IMG/VR virus record: IMGVR_UViG_3300011334_000418
Location: 1-35,276 of that record
Length of the DNA: 35,276 bases
Direction: 5' to 3' (one strand)
Origin: a virus
Taxonomy: Duplodnaviria > Caudoviricetes
Part shown: positions 9,961-20,052 of the stretch, piece by piece
How positions within the stretch are numbered: position 1 is the stretch's first letter
Layout: every line of letters starts with the position of its first letter
Made by a program: the position numbers and the translations under genes
Notes under the pieces: generated by a model
The model's input: the letters and a program-made list of their open reading frames with translations, nothing else
Told to the model about the DNA's origin: nothing
Databases searched by the model: none

Positions 9961-10479
9961 ATGGCATTAGCGAACAAACTTGGCAAGTCGTACACAAAGG
10001 TACAAGCCGAAACAAAACTTAAAACAATCCACATTGATTTGGAAGAAGTTAAGTTTGATTTAAAAGTGCGGGTTCCATTGAAAAAAGAAATGGAAACAAT
10101 TACCGCAACAATTCTTTCGCCGGATGAAGCGCGAGTAAATAAAATTTTTAAACGCCTTGCCGAACCAATGATTAAAGCGTTGGAAGATGGCGGCGAAGAT
10201 TTTGTTAAAGCCCTTAACGAAAAAAAACAAACCATCACCAAAACCGATGATGATTTAATTGTGGATGGCACTTCGGTACGACAAGTTGCAAATTTTTCCG
10301 CAATTGAAGAAAATAAAGTTGAACAATATTTTCATTTGTTGGTATCGGAAACAGGCGAACCCATTACAGAAACTTACGAACAAATTGTTGAAGAATTCCC
10401 GGAATTTGTAATTCGGGAAATTGTTGCGGAAATTGATAAGGCAATCAAACCCGATTACAAAACAGTAAAAAAAAATTAA
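9961..10479 (+). CDS. Tail assembly chaperone (lambda gpG-like)
   Basis: Position; ends in an A9 slippery run. Confidence 0.75.
   Translation: MALANKLGKSYTKVQAETKLKTIHIDLEEVKFDLKVRVPLKKEMETITATILSPDEARVNKIFKRLAEPMIKALEDGGEDFVKALNEKKQTITKTDDDLIVDGTSVRQVANFSAIEENKVEQYFHLLVSETGEPITETYEQIVEEFPEFVIREIVAEIDKAIKPDYKTVKKN
10467..10476 (+). other. Programmed -1 frameshift site
   Basis: GTA AAA AAA AAT TAA; the -1 frame is open (KKKLRRSLRRQVVAAM) into the ORF at 10512. Confidence 0.8.
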
Positions 10480-10838
10480 GGCGTAGCCTTCGCCGCCAAG
10501 TTGTTGCCGCAATGGTGTTCAACGGGCATACAGAACAATACATTGATTCAATTGATGAAGAATTATTTGGGGATATTCAAGTTATGTATGCCGAAGGGAT
10601 GCTTGGAAACAAAGCCATATTCGATGCATTAGCACCGATCACAACCGCCGTTTTCAATTATTTACGCCCCGAAGGTGCGCCCGCCAATAAAGTTGATTCA
10701 ATATTTAAATGGATTAACGAATATTTCAAAAATCCCGACAACGAACCCGCCGAAGCCGATATGGTTAATTCGGCATTGTTAACTTATGTATCCCGCGCAA
10801 AAGGGTACAAAAAGGACAAATTTAAAAATGTCGGTTAA
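10476..10838 (+). CDS. Tail assembly chaperone frameshift extension (gpT-like)
   Basis: -1 frame continuation; first ATG at 10512 has no clear RBS. Confidence 0.72.
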   Translation, partial: LRRSLRRQVVAAMVFNGHTEQYIDSIDEELFGDIQVMYAEGMLGNKAIFDALAPITTAVFNYLRPEGAPANKVDSIFKWINEYFKNPDNEPAEADMVNSALLTYVSRAKGYKKDKFKNVG

Positions 10839-11334
10839 CTTTGAAATCCAAGGTTTTGAAAAATTGTTTGCAAGTATGCAAGCATTGGAAGATGATATTG
10901 GTAAAGGCAAAACGGATAAGATTTGGCGCAACGCAATGCAATATGCAATGGAACCTGTTTTACAGGATGCAAAATCTTATGCGCCCAAAGATACCGGACA
11001 AACTGCCGAACGCATTTATTTGCGCGTACACCGCCCCCAAGGGCGCGATAAAAGTTCAAACCGATATGCGGGTGAAAACTTTATTGCCCGCGTAACGGCA
11101 AGTACCTTGCGCGATGATTCGGTGCAAAACTTTGTTGTTAACAAACGGGGGAGATTACAAGCGGTATGGTCAAATAAAAGCCGCGCCCCTGTTTCGCAAG
11201 AATTTGGAAATGCAAGAACGCCGCCGCATCCGTTTATGCTTCCCGCGCTTAACAACAATGAAGATAAAATTAAATCAAGATTGGGTTCGGCTTTATGGGA
11301 AGCCATCCAAAAAGTCGCAAGGGGTGAAAAATAA
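10828..11334 (+). CDS. HK97 gp10-like tail component
   Basis: 'AKSYAPKDTG', 'QEFGNARTPPHPFMLPAL'; probable start ATG 10828. Confidence 0.85.
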   Translation: MSVNFEIQGFEKLFASMQALEDDIGKGKTDKIWRNAMQYAMEPVLQDAKSYAPKDTGQTAERIYLRVHRPQGRDKSSNRYAGENFIARVTASTLRDDSVQNFVVNKRGRLQAVWSNKSRAPVSQEFGNARTPPHPFMLPALNNNEDKIKSRLGSALWEAIQKVARGEK

Positions 11335-13874
11335 TGGCAACCATTGGTTCGTTAACGGTAAAGTTGGGCTTGGTAACGGTTGAATGGGATAAAGCAACCG
11401 CAAAAGCAAAACAAGATGCCAAAGATTTAAAAAGCGCATTTAATGATTTGGGTATTGATGTATCCAAGTTAAGGAATTTGTTTAATGCGCTTGGTGGTGC
11501 GGCAGGGCTTTCCCTTGCGGGAGTTGCCGCGCTTGCACATGGTGCAATGAATCTTGCGGATGAAGTAAGTGATTTATCCAAAGGTTTTGGTATTTCCATT
11601 GCAAAAACCCTTCAATTTAAAGATGCCCTTACGCAAGCGGGTGGTAATGGCGAACAAGCCGCAAAAGTATTGGGAACCCTGTTTTCAAAAATTGAAGAAG
11701 CGCAAGGCGGCAATGAACAAGCCATTGCAACTTTTGAACAAATTGGGCTTTCCTTTGAAGAATTACGGAACATGAATCCGGAAGAAGCCATTAACAAAGT
11801 TGTTAACGGTTTGAAAGATGTTACAAGTCAATATGAACGGGTAAAACTAATTAAAGAATTGCTTGGTAAAGGTGGTTTGGGCATAAGCCTTGATGATCTT
11901 GCGGAACGCATGAACATGACCACCAACGAATTTAAACAAGCCGAAAAAGCCATGCAATCGCTTGGTGATTTGTCGGATTCACTTAAAGCAAATCTTGAAA
12001 ATTTAAAAATTGCATTTGCCGAAATGGTTGCGCCGTTTGTTGGTGATGGCAAATTCATAATTAATGTAAACGAATTTAAAGCCGCAATGGTTGCGGTAAC
12101 TGCCGCCGGTGTTGTAAGCGGTATGTTTAAATTGGTTGAAGCATTTGTTCTTTTGAACAAAGTAATGAAAACAACGGCATCACTTGGCGTGGCAATAACT
12201 GCCGCCGGTGGTGTAAAAGGCATTGCAATGTCGGGGGCGGCACTTGCCGCGTATTTTGGGGCAAAAGCCGCTTTTGATGCAGGGGATGAAGCCGCCGCCG
12301 CCGCACCACCTGCCGCATCCGAATCACCACAAAACACATCCGGACAATCGCCAACCGCATCAAGTCAACCAACCGGGCGAAACCCCGAACCCGCAAGGCG
12401 TGGATCGGATGCCGCCGTTGCGCGTGTGGCACTTGCCAAACAATTGCTTGAAATTGAAAAACAACGCGGTGATTTAAAAGTTAAAGCACTTTCACAAGAT
12501 CAACTTTCAACTGATCTTGCCGAAGTTGAATTAAAACGCAAAGAAGAAATTGCCCGCGCACAAGCCGAATTAAATACAAGTTTGGCAAAAGAAAATTTAA
12601 GTGGTCGTGAAAAAAGCGCAATTGCCGGGCAATACAAAACCGCAGTTGAATCGGCAAATCAAAAATCCAAAGAACAAATTAATTATTTACTTGCGGCGCG
12701 TGAAAAAGAATTACGCATTTTGCAAGAAAAAACCGCGTATGAAGTTGAAAAATACAAGTTAGATGCGGCGGGAATCATTATTGATGCACAACGCATTGGA
12801 ATGACCGAAAAAACTTTTGCGTATGTGCAAGAAATTCTTAATTGGGAACGCCGCCGCCTAGATATAAACCAACAATTGATTGATGCAAAAAATCAATATG
12901 GGGAAGGCAAGCGGTACGAAGCCGAAGCGGAACGCATTAATCAGGTTTTGCAATCAGAAACCAAGTTGCACGAATTGCGAACGCAATATTTGCTTGTTAA
13001 TCGTGAAAAAGAATTGCGGATTTTTAAAGAAAAAACCGCGTATGAAATGGAACGGTACAAGTTTGATATGGCAAGCGTTGGGCTTGATGTTCAACGCATT
13101 GGCATGACCGAAAAACAATATGCATACGCACAATTGTTATTTGATTGGGAACGCCGCCGTTTTGAATTGAATCAACAATTGATTGATGCCAAAAACGAAT
13201 ACGGCGAAGGTGAACGGTACGACATGGAAGCGGAACGCATCAACAAAGTTATTGATGCCGAACGCCAATTGCATGATTTGCGTATGCAATCTATTCAAGA
13301 CAAGGAAAACCAAGTACGCGCCAATCAAATTTTGACCGATAGCGAAAAAGCCGGTTTTGATACGATGGTTGGTAACTTGCAATCACTTGGGCAACATTCC
13401 AAAGCGGCGTTTGCGGCTTGGAAAGCAATGGCAATTGCCCAAACCATTATTGATACATATTCAAGCGCGGTGGCTTCTTACAAATCACTTGCGGGTATTC
13501 CCTATGTCGGACCCGCTTTAGGATTTACTGCGGCGGCAATTGCAGTTGCGGCAGGTATGGCGCGGGTTGCGGCAATTCGTTCAACCCAATATCAAGGCAG
13601 GGCAAAAGGCGGTGTTATGACCGCCAATCAACCATACCTTGTTGGTGAAGAAGGTGCGGAAATGGTTATTCCAAATCAATCATCAATGGTTGTACCTGCC
13701 GGGCGCACCGCCGGAATGATGGGCAACACACCATCCGTTGTTTACAATGGAACGGTAATTCAAAATATGCAAGCAATTGATACGCAATCGGCGGCGCAAT
13801 TTTTAGCGCGTAACAAAGATTCGGTTTACGCGGCGAATATGTCGGCGGCGCGTGGACTACCACAAAGCAGGTGA
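11334..13874 (+). CDS. Tape measure protein
   Basis: 'MATIGSLTVKLGL' N-terminus, long helical Ala-rich body, C-terminal 'AKGG...YLVGEEGAEMVIP'. Confidence 0.92.
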   Translation: MATIGSLTVKLGLVTVEWDKATAKAKQDAKDLKSAFNDLGIDVSKLRNLFNALGGAAGLSLAGVAALAHGAMNLADEVSDLSKGFGISIAKTLQFKDALTQAGGNGEQAAKVLGTLFSKIEEAQGGNEQAIATFEQIGLSFEELRNMNPEEAINKVVNGLKDVTSQYERVKLIKELLGKGGLGISLDDLAERMNMTTNEFKQAEKAMQSLGDLSDSLKANLENLKIAFAEMVAPFVGDGKFIINVNEFKAAMVAVTAAGVVSGMFKLVEAFVLLNKVMKTTASLGVAITAAGGVKGIAMSGAALAAYFGAKAAFDAGDEAAAAAPPAASESPQNTSGQSPTASSQPTGRNPEPARRGSDAAVARVALAKQLLEIEKQRGDLKVKALSQDQLSTDLAEVELKRKEEIARAQAELNTSLAKENLSGREKSAIAGQYKTAVESANQKSKEQINYLLAAREKELRILQEKTAYEVEKYKLDAAGIIIDAQRIGMTEKTFAYVQEILNWERRRLDINQQLIDAKNQYGEGKRYEAEAERINQVLQSETKLHELRTQYLLVNREKELRIFKEKTAYEMERYKFDMASVGLDVQRIGMTEKQYAYAQLLFDWERRRFELNQQLIDAKNEYGEGERYDMEAERINKVIDAERQLHDLRMQSIQDKENQVRANQILTDSEKAGFDTMVGNLQSLGQHSKAAFAAWKAMAIAQTIIDTYSSAVASYKSLAGIPYVGPALGFTAAAIAVAAGMARVAAIRSTQYQGRAKGGVMTANQPYLVGEEGAEMVIPNQSSMVVPAGRTAGMMGNTPSVVYNGTVIQNMQAIDTQSAAQFLARNKDSVYAANMSAARGLPQSR
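12699..13304 (+). repeat. Tandem 303-bp (101 aa) duplication within the tape measure gene
   Basis: REKELRI..EKTAYE..QRIGMTEK..WERRR..NQQLIDAKN.YGEG.RY..EAERIN starts at 12699 and again at 13002. Confidence 0.9.
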
Positions 13875-13878
13875 TTAA

Positions 13879-14559
13879 ATGAGTTTGAACCAAATACTAG
13901 CAATAAGCGAAAGCGTTGGCATCAAAGATCACCGTTTTATTGGGCAAGTGATTTCGCGTAACCAACGCATGAACACTTCCGAACAAATGACGGTGGTTCC
14001 ATTTGAATTCAAAATGAAGCCAATGAATTATTTGTATTATTCGCAAAACCGCGATTTGCTTGCAACGCTTCGTTATTATGATCGTGCGTTAACGCAATAC
14101 ATTAACTTTGGCGCAACCGGTTGGGTAAATTACATTGCGTACCAAGGCGATATGGCAATTGGTTCAATTGGTTCATGCCAATGGCAAACATCAAGCGCAA
14201 ATACCACATTGGTATTGGGAAGCCTTCCAAGCATTAGTTCAACCGCTTATGTTGTTCGTGCCGGTGATTTTTGCCAAGTAGGGCTTTACACATACATTGC
14301 CACACAAGATGTGCAAAGGGGCGGTGGATCAACCGTTAACATCCCCGTACACCGTAATTTACTTACCCCGGTGGTAAGCCCAATCAATGCGGTAATTGGT
14401 CAATATGGCACAACTGTAAGCATGGGTGGAAGTTCATACACCGGCGTGACATTTCCGGTTGTGTTAACTGATTACCCAACATATACATTAATGCCAATTG
14501 CCAATGATTCATTCGTACAATGGGCGGGCGAATTTACTGCAATGGAAATTGTCGTATGA
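13879..14559 (+). CDS. Distal tail protein (Dit)-like
   Basis: First gene after TMP; 'VRAGDFCQVG' pattern. Confidence 0.6.
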   Translation: MSLNQILAISESVGIKDHRFIGQVISRNQRMNTSEQMTVVPFEFKMKPMNYLYYSQNRDLLATLRYYDRALTQYINFGATGWVNYIAYQGDMAIGSIGSCQWQTSSANTTLVLGSLPSISSTAYVVRAGDFCQVGLYTYIATQDVQRGGGSTVNIPVHRNLLTPVVSPINAVIGQYGTTVSMGGSSYTGVTFPVVLTDYPTYTLMPIANDSFVQWAGEFTAMEIVV

Positions 14560-15308
14560 ACAACATAACCCCCGTACAAAACACAAACCACATAAGATAC
14601 GCGGATTTTGTTCGCGTAACCACACAAGACAAAGTAAACGCCGGGGCTTTTGTTGTTGGAACAACTTACACCATTCTTTATGTTGGAACCACCAACTTTA
14701 CATTAATTGGCGCGGCATCCAATACCGTTGGCATTTCCTTTGTGGCAACCGGCGCGGGAACCGGTACAGGTATTGCAACTAAAATTGTGAAGTATTTGTT
14801 TACAACCGCACCAACATCATTAACAATTTCGGCGGTTGATTCTCAAGCATTTACCGGTGTTGGGCAATTGGTTCAAGTTGGTAACGCAAGCCGCGACATT
14901 AAAAGCACCGCAAACGAAACAACTTTTACTTTGGTCGGCATTGATACCGCCATGCTTGGTTGGGTTCTTGGGCAAGATGTTAAAGGTTCCAAAATTGAAG
15001 CATGGCATGGCTTTTTTAATGAAAGCGGCGCATTGATTACCACCGGCGGTACGGGCGGGCTTTACAAATTTTTTACCGGATTTATAAACAGTTTTTCTAT
15101 TTCCGAACAATGGATGGAAGATGTGCGGATGTTTGTTGGGTTAATTCAAGTTTCGGCATCATCCATTCAATTAATTTTACAAAACCGGGTGGCGGGAAGA
15201 TATACCAACAATAACAGTTGGCAATTTTTTAATCCCGGCGATACAAGTATGAACCGCGTTGCGTTCATTACAAATATTAACTATCAATTTGGAAAACAAA
15301 ATACATGA
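14556..15308 (+). CDS. Tail tip / baseplate hub protein
   Basis: Position; 'FTGVGQLVQVG', 'GRYTNNNSWQ...PGD'. Start at ATGA overlap 14556. Confidence 0.65.
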   Translation: MNNITPVQNTNHIRYADFVRVTTQDKVNAGAFVVGTTYTILYVGTTNFTLIGAASNTVGISFVATGAGTGTGIATKIVKYLFTTAPTSLTISAVDSQAFTGVGQLVQVGNASRDIKSTANETTFTLVGIDTAMLGWVLGQDVKGSKIEAWHGFFNESGALITTGGTGGLYKFFTGFINSFSISEQWMEDVRMFVGLIQVSASSIQLILQNRVAGRYTNNNSWQFFNPGDTSMNRVAFITNINYQFGKQNT

Positions 15309-15739
15309 TAAGACAAGCAACACCATACGACAAAACACAAATAATTGAAATGATGAAAGAATTTCGTGCCGAAGCAGATTTTCCCGAATTGCTTGGAATA
15401 GAAAACGAACCATATTGGAACGCCATGTTGGATTCTATTTTTGCGGGGCAAGGGGTAGTTTTCTTGGAAGAAGGAAAGGGGTTGTTAATGGCAATGGTGT
15501 TACCGACAATTTGGGATAACAAAACTTTTGCCATGCATGAATTGGCTTGGTATGTTCGCCCACAACACCGCGATACAAGTACCGGATTTCGATTATTTGC
15601 AAATTACATTGCGTATGGCAAACAATTAAAACAAAATGGGCGTATTGCTTATTTTACCGTTTCAAAAATGGACACAAGCCCAAATTTGAAATATCAAAAA
15701 TATGGATTTCGCAAAAAAGATGAAAATTGGATTCAATAA
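15305..15739 (+). CDS. GNAT-fold acetyltransferase-like protein
   Basis: 'MIRQAT..D', 'ELAWYVRPQHR', 'YQKYGF' are GNAT motifs. Confidence 0.75.
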   Translation: MIRQATPYDKTQIIEMMKEFRAEADFPELLGIENEPYWNAMLDSIFAGQGVVFLEEGKGLLMAMVLPTIWDNKTFAMHELAWYVRPQHRDTSTGFRLFANYIAYGKQLKQNGRIAYFTVSKMDTSPNLKYQKYGFRKKDENWIQ

Positions 15740-15751
15740 AGGGGTTATGTT

Positions 15752-18700
15752 ATGCCAACTTCGGTAATTATCGCGGCAGTCGCAACCGTTGCAACTTATG
15801 CAACGGCGGGTGTTGTTGCGGCGGTTGTGGTTGGCGTTGTGGCAAGTGCAGTTGTTGCAAAATCATTTATTCAATCAATGCAACCAAATGCCGGGGATGG
15901 TGGTGCGTATGGTTCCGGTTCATCCCCGAACCCCGGAAATCGCCAACAACTTCCACCCGCAACCGATAACAAACTTCCCATTGTTTATGGTTCCGCGTGG
16001 CTTGGCGGCACAATTACCGATTTGTCAATAAGCGAAAACAACCAAGAATTGTATTATGTGATTTCCCTTTGTGAAGTAACTAATAACGGAAACGACACAA
16101 TTTCATTTGGGGATATTTATTGGGGTGGCAAAAAATGTAACTTTGCTTCATCAATAAGTGCCGATGTTGTTTCATTAACTGATACTTCAACCGGTGAAAC
16201 CGACACATCGGTAAATGGCAAATTACAAATTTATTTGTATTCCAATGGATCATATAACCCGGTTCGCGGTTCGGCAAACGCCGTTACCGTAATGCAAACT
16301 TCCGGGCTTGTTTACACTTGGGACAATACAAAGTTAATGAGTAATTGCGCGTTTGCAATTCTTCACATTTCTTACAATCAAGATGCCGGTCTTACCGGTA
16401 TGCAACAAACAAAATTTCAAGTTAACAATTCGCGCCACAAGCCGGGCGATTGTTTTTACGATTATTTAACAAGTGATGTTTATGGCGCGGCAGTTGATCC
16501 AAGCCAAGTTGATACAACAAGCCTTGCAACACTTAATACATATTGCGATCAATCATTTACATATACTGATTACGAAGGCAATACAACAACCCAAACCCGT
16601 TTTCGCTTTGATGGCGTAGTTGATACAAAACGCGCCATCATGGATAACTTGCAAGATATGTCGGGTTGTTGTGATTGCTTGGTTCGTTACAACGAAATTG
16701 AAAGCAAATGGGGTGTTATTACCCAACAACCAACATACACAATTTCAATGGCACTTGATGATTCCAATATGGTTTCATCAATTCAAATTACGCCGCTTGA
16801 TATTGCGGGTACATACAATGTTATTGAATGTAAATTTCCGGATGAATCAAATCAAGATTCGTTTAATTCTGCAACATTTGATTTGGCGCAAATTGATCCC
16901 GGTTTAATGTTTCCCAATGAACCCGTAAACAAACAATCACTTTCATTGGCTTTGGTTAACAATGATGTGCGGGCGCAATACCTTGCAAATCGTATGTTGA
17001 AATCAAGCCGGGAAGATTTGCAAGTGCAGGTGCAAATTAATTATGCGGGTATTCAATTGGAAGCCGGTGATATTGTTACCGTTACAAGTTCCAATTATGG
17101 TTGGGTGGCAAAAGAATTCCGGGTTATGAAAGTAACCGAACAATTTGCCGGTGATGGGTCAATTACCGCAAATCTTTTGTTGATTGAATTTAATGCTTCC
17201 ATTTATGATGATGTAAACATTACCCAATTTCAACCCGCGCCCAATACAGGGATTGCCGATCCATTGGTATTTGGTAATGTACCCGCCCCGGTTGTTGGTG
17301 CAAGTTATCCAACAAATGCCAATCCACTTTTCTTGGTAAACATTACGGCAAGCGTACAAGGCATTATTCAATATGCGGAAGTGTGGTATTCGGCGTTTGC
17401 AACGCCTACCGCAAGCCAATTGATTTTTGCAGGTACAACCGAAATCCAATCAAACGGTACACCTTACGATCCCGGAAGTTTATTGCCCGCCGTAAGCCTT
17501 GCTTCCGTACCCGCCGGTACTTGGTATTTGTTTTCCCGAATGGTTAACAGTTTGGGAACATCGCCATATTCACCGGCAAGTACCGCATTTGTTTGGAAGC
17601 CAACAACATTTCAATATTCCGAAAGGTATTTATCGGTTGCTTATGCTGACAATGCAACCGGAACAAGCAATTTCAGTTTAAGCCCAACAAATCGTTTGTA
17701 TTTTGGTTTGTTAAACACGCCTTCATCTTCCGGGGCGCATGATTATTTTGAATACACTTGGTATCCCGCCGATCCAAGTTTTGGTACAAATATATTTTTA
17801 TGTTATGCCAATCGAACCGGGCGTAAATTTTCTTTTGCAACGGGTTTTGCTGATAACGCGGCAGGTACGGGCGCATTTGTTCCAACGCAAGCAATTATTT
17901 TTGATCCGCGTTTATGGTCGGCTTTGCCGGATGGATTAAACACAATTGATTTGGACATGGGAACCGGGCAAGTTATTTCAACCGGAACCACAACGGTTGG
18001 TACGGGCGAAATTGCAGTTACCAACAATCCGGATGGAAAAGTTATTGCATCACTTAAACCATACCTTGATTTTGGTTCCGGCATTTATTCAAAAACGGCA
18101 AGTGCGGCAACATTAACAATTGATATTTATGGGCGTGTTGTTGGGTTTGAAGAACCCGATACCTTTTACATGACGATTGCCCAATTTACCGCAACAAGTG
18201 GGCAAACTGTATTTTCAGTTACGCGAAGTACGGGTTACATTTCCGGACAATGTTTAGTATTTAAAAATGGCATATTGCTTGATGCAAGCGAATATACCGA
18301 TACAGGTGGAACAACCGGAACCGTAACTTTATCAACCGGCGCAACATTAAATACAAAAATTACCATTATTTCGTTTAAATCCGTAAATTCAACCACCGGT
18401 GTTTATGCATCATTTACAAGAAATACCGCAACATTAACAAACGCTTCTTCATATACGCCTTCCGGATTCACAATTACAAGTGGGTATGAATTAATTTTTA
18501 TAAATGGCGCAATAATGATGGATCAAGATTATGATGTTATTGGGGGTTCCATTGTGAATATGCCATCCGTTGCAAATGGTTTGTTAACGGTAATTCAATG
18601 GACACCAAACAACCTTACAACGCCAAACGGAAACCCTGTTAATGTGGTAACCAATACAGTAATTGGGCAAACCGCTTATTCTTTCAGTTACACAACCGGT

Positions 18701-18847
18701 GCATTTAATTTGTATCAAAACGGGGTTTTACAATTTGCCGGAAGCGATTACACTACCGTAACCGGTGGTTTCACTTTAGCAACAACACCCGCAACAAATA
18801 CGGATTTACTTTTGCAACAAACATTCGCAAGAACAGGGGCAGTCTAA
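15752..18847 (+). CDS. Tail tip attachment / central fibre protein (lambda J-like)
   Basis: 'LPIVYG', 'RFRFDGVVDT', 'QLEAGDIVTVT', 'FRVMKVTE'; C-terminal beta-repeat modules. Confidence 0.85.
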   Translation: MPTSVIIAAVATVATYATAGVVAAVVVGVVASAVVAKSFIQSMQPNAGDGGAYGSGSSPNPGNRQQLPPATDNKLPIVYGSAWLGGTITDLSISENNQELYYVISLCEVTNNGNDTISFGDIYWGGKKCNFASSISADVVSLTDTSTGETDTSVNGKLQIYLYSNGSYNPVRGSANAVTVMQTSGLVYTWDNTKLMSNCAFAILHISYNQDAGLTGMQQTKFQVNNSRHKPGDCFYDYLTSDVYGAAVDPSQVDTTSLATLNTYCDQSFTYTDYEGNTTTQTRFRFDGVVDTKRAIMDNLQDMSGCCDCLVRYNEIESKWGVITQQPTYTISMALDDSNMVSSIQITPLDIAGTYNVIECKFPDESNQDSFNSATFDLAQIDPGLMFPNEPVNKQSLSLALVNNDVRAQYLANRMLKSSREDLQVQVQINYAGIQLEAGDIVTVTSSNYGWVAKEFRVMKVTEQFAGDGSITANLLLIEFNASIYDDVNITQFQPAPNTGIADPLVFGNVPAPVVGASYPTNANPLFLVNITASVQGIIQYAEVWYSAFATPTASQLIFAGTTEIQSNGTPYDPGSLLPAVSLASVPAGTWYLFSRMVNSLGTSPYSPASTAFVWKPTTFQYSERYLSVAYADNATGTSNFSLSPTNRLYFGLLNTPSSSGAHDYFEYTWYPADPSFGTNIFLCYANRTGRKFSFATGFADNAAGTGAFVPTQAIIFDPRLWSALPDGLNTIDLDMGTGQVISTGTTTVGTGEIAVTNNPDGKVIASLKPYLDFGSGIYSKTASAATLTIDIYGRVVGFEEPDTFYMTIAQFTATSGQTVFSVTRSTGYISGQCLVFKNGILLDASEYTDTGGTTGTVTLSTGATLNTKITIISFKSVNSTTGVYASFTRNTATLTNASSYTPSGFTITSGYELIFINGAIMMDQDYDVIGGSIVNMPSVANGLLTVIQWTPNNLTTPNGNPVNVVTNTVIGQTAYSFSYTTGAFNLYQNGVLQFAGSDYTTVTGGFTLATTPATNTDLLLQQTFARTGAV

Positions 18848-19443
18848 TGACACAAGCAAATAATTTGGCACTACTTGCAAACAATTTAAACACATCGGGA
18901 CAAGTTGATGCAACCGATGGGCTTAACGGTTTGCTTGCCAATTCAAACCTTGCATCAAGTGGAACCGCAGATGCAACCACTTACCTTCGCGGTGATAGAA
19001 CATGGGCAACCATTTCGCAACGGTTCAGACAAATTTTACAAGTGCAATCAACCACAACCGTAACAACTTCAAGCCTTAACACTTGGGTTTCTACCAATTT
19101 AAGCCAAGCCATTACGCCTTCAAGCGCAAGCAGTCAAATTATGTGTCTTGTGCATTGCCCAATTCGTTTTGGTTCATCAAATGGTATGCAAGCCGGTATT
19201 CGTATTAAACGCGGATCAACCGTTATCATTACAGATACATATTTAAACAATGTGAACGCAATTGTTGATATTTCTTATGGCATCAATTTATCTTATTTGG
19301 ATGCACCGGCAACAACATCTTCAACAACTTATTCGGTTGAATTTGCTTTAACAGGTTCCGCAAGCCCTTATACATACCCAACAATTTGTTGGAACACAAC
19401 TTCATCACCAATTACATTGATTGTGATGGAAATTGCCCCATAA
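18847..19443 (+). CDS. Short tail fibre / receptor-binding protein, paralog 1
   Basis: 'SGTADATTYLRGD' fibre motif, 'YLDAPATTSSTTY', C-terminal 'MEIA'. Confidence 0.7.
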   Translation: MTQANNLALLANNLNTSGQVDATDGLNGLLANSNLASSGTADATTYLRGDRTWATISQRFRQILQVQSTTTVTTSSLNTWVSTNLSQAITPSSASSQIMCLVHCPIRFGSSNGMQAGIRIKRGSTVIITDTYLNNVNAIVDISYGINLSYLDAPATTSSTTYSVEFALTGSASPYTYPTICWNTTSSPITLIVMEIAP

Positions 19444-19452
19444 GGTCAAAAT

Positions 19453-20052
19453 ATGATCCAAGCCTTTAATTTAGCGCAACTTGCAAATAATTTAAATTCA
19501 TCCGGTCAAATTGATGCAACGGATGGATCTACAGGTTTAACAACAAACGCAAACCTTGCATCAAGTGGAACGGCAGATGCCACAACTTATTTGCGTGGGG
19601 ATCGTATTTGGGATTCAGTATCGCAAAAATTTAGGCAAATTGCACAAGTGCAATCAACCACAAGCATAACAACTTCAGTTCAAGGCACTTGGGTATCAAC
19701 CGGATTAAGTCAATCAATTACACCATTAAGCACTAACAGTAAAATATTATGCATTGTGCATTGTCCAATACGGTATGGAACAAATAACGGTGGTGGCGAT
19801 GCAGGAATACGCATTGATCGAAGCGGAACGGCAATTTTTACAGATACTTATAAAAATAATGTAAGCGTAATTGTTGATATTTCATATACGGTTGATTTGT
19901 TTTATTTGGATTCACCTGCAACCACATCTGCATTAACATACACCATTCAATTTGCTTTAACAAATGCTTCCGGAGTTTATGCAAATCCAACGGTTTGTTG
20001 GAACACATCACAAACACCAATTACTTTTTCACTTATAGAGGTAGCACTATGA
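19453..20052 (+). CDS. Short tail fibre / receptor-binding protein, paralog 2
   Basis: End-to-end paralog of 18847-19443. Confidence 0.7.
   Translation: MIQAFNLAQLANNLNSSGQIDATDGSTGLTTNANLASSGTADATTYLRGDRIWDSVSQKFRQIAQVQSTTSITTSVQGTWVSTGLSQSITPLSTNSKILCIVHCPIRYGTNNGGGDAGIRIDRSGTAIFTDTYKNNVSVIVDISYTVDLFYLDSPATTSALTYTIQFALTNASGVYANPTVCWNTSQTPITFSLIEVAL

Noticed and set aside
18847-20052. Invertible tail-fibre shufflon
   Set aside because: Both copies are in direct orientation with their own starts; no invertase or flanking inverted sites.
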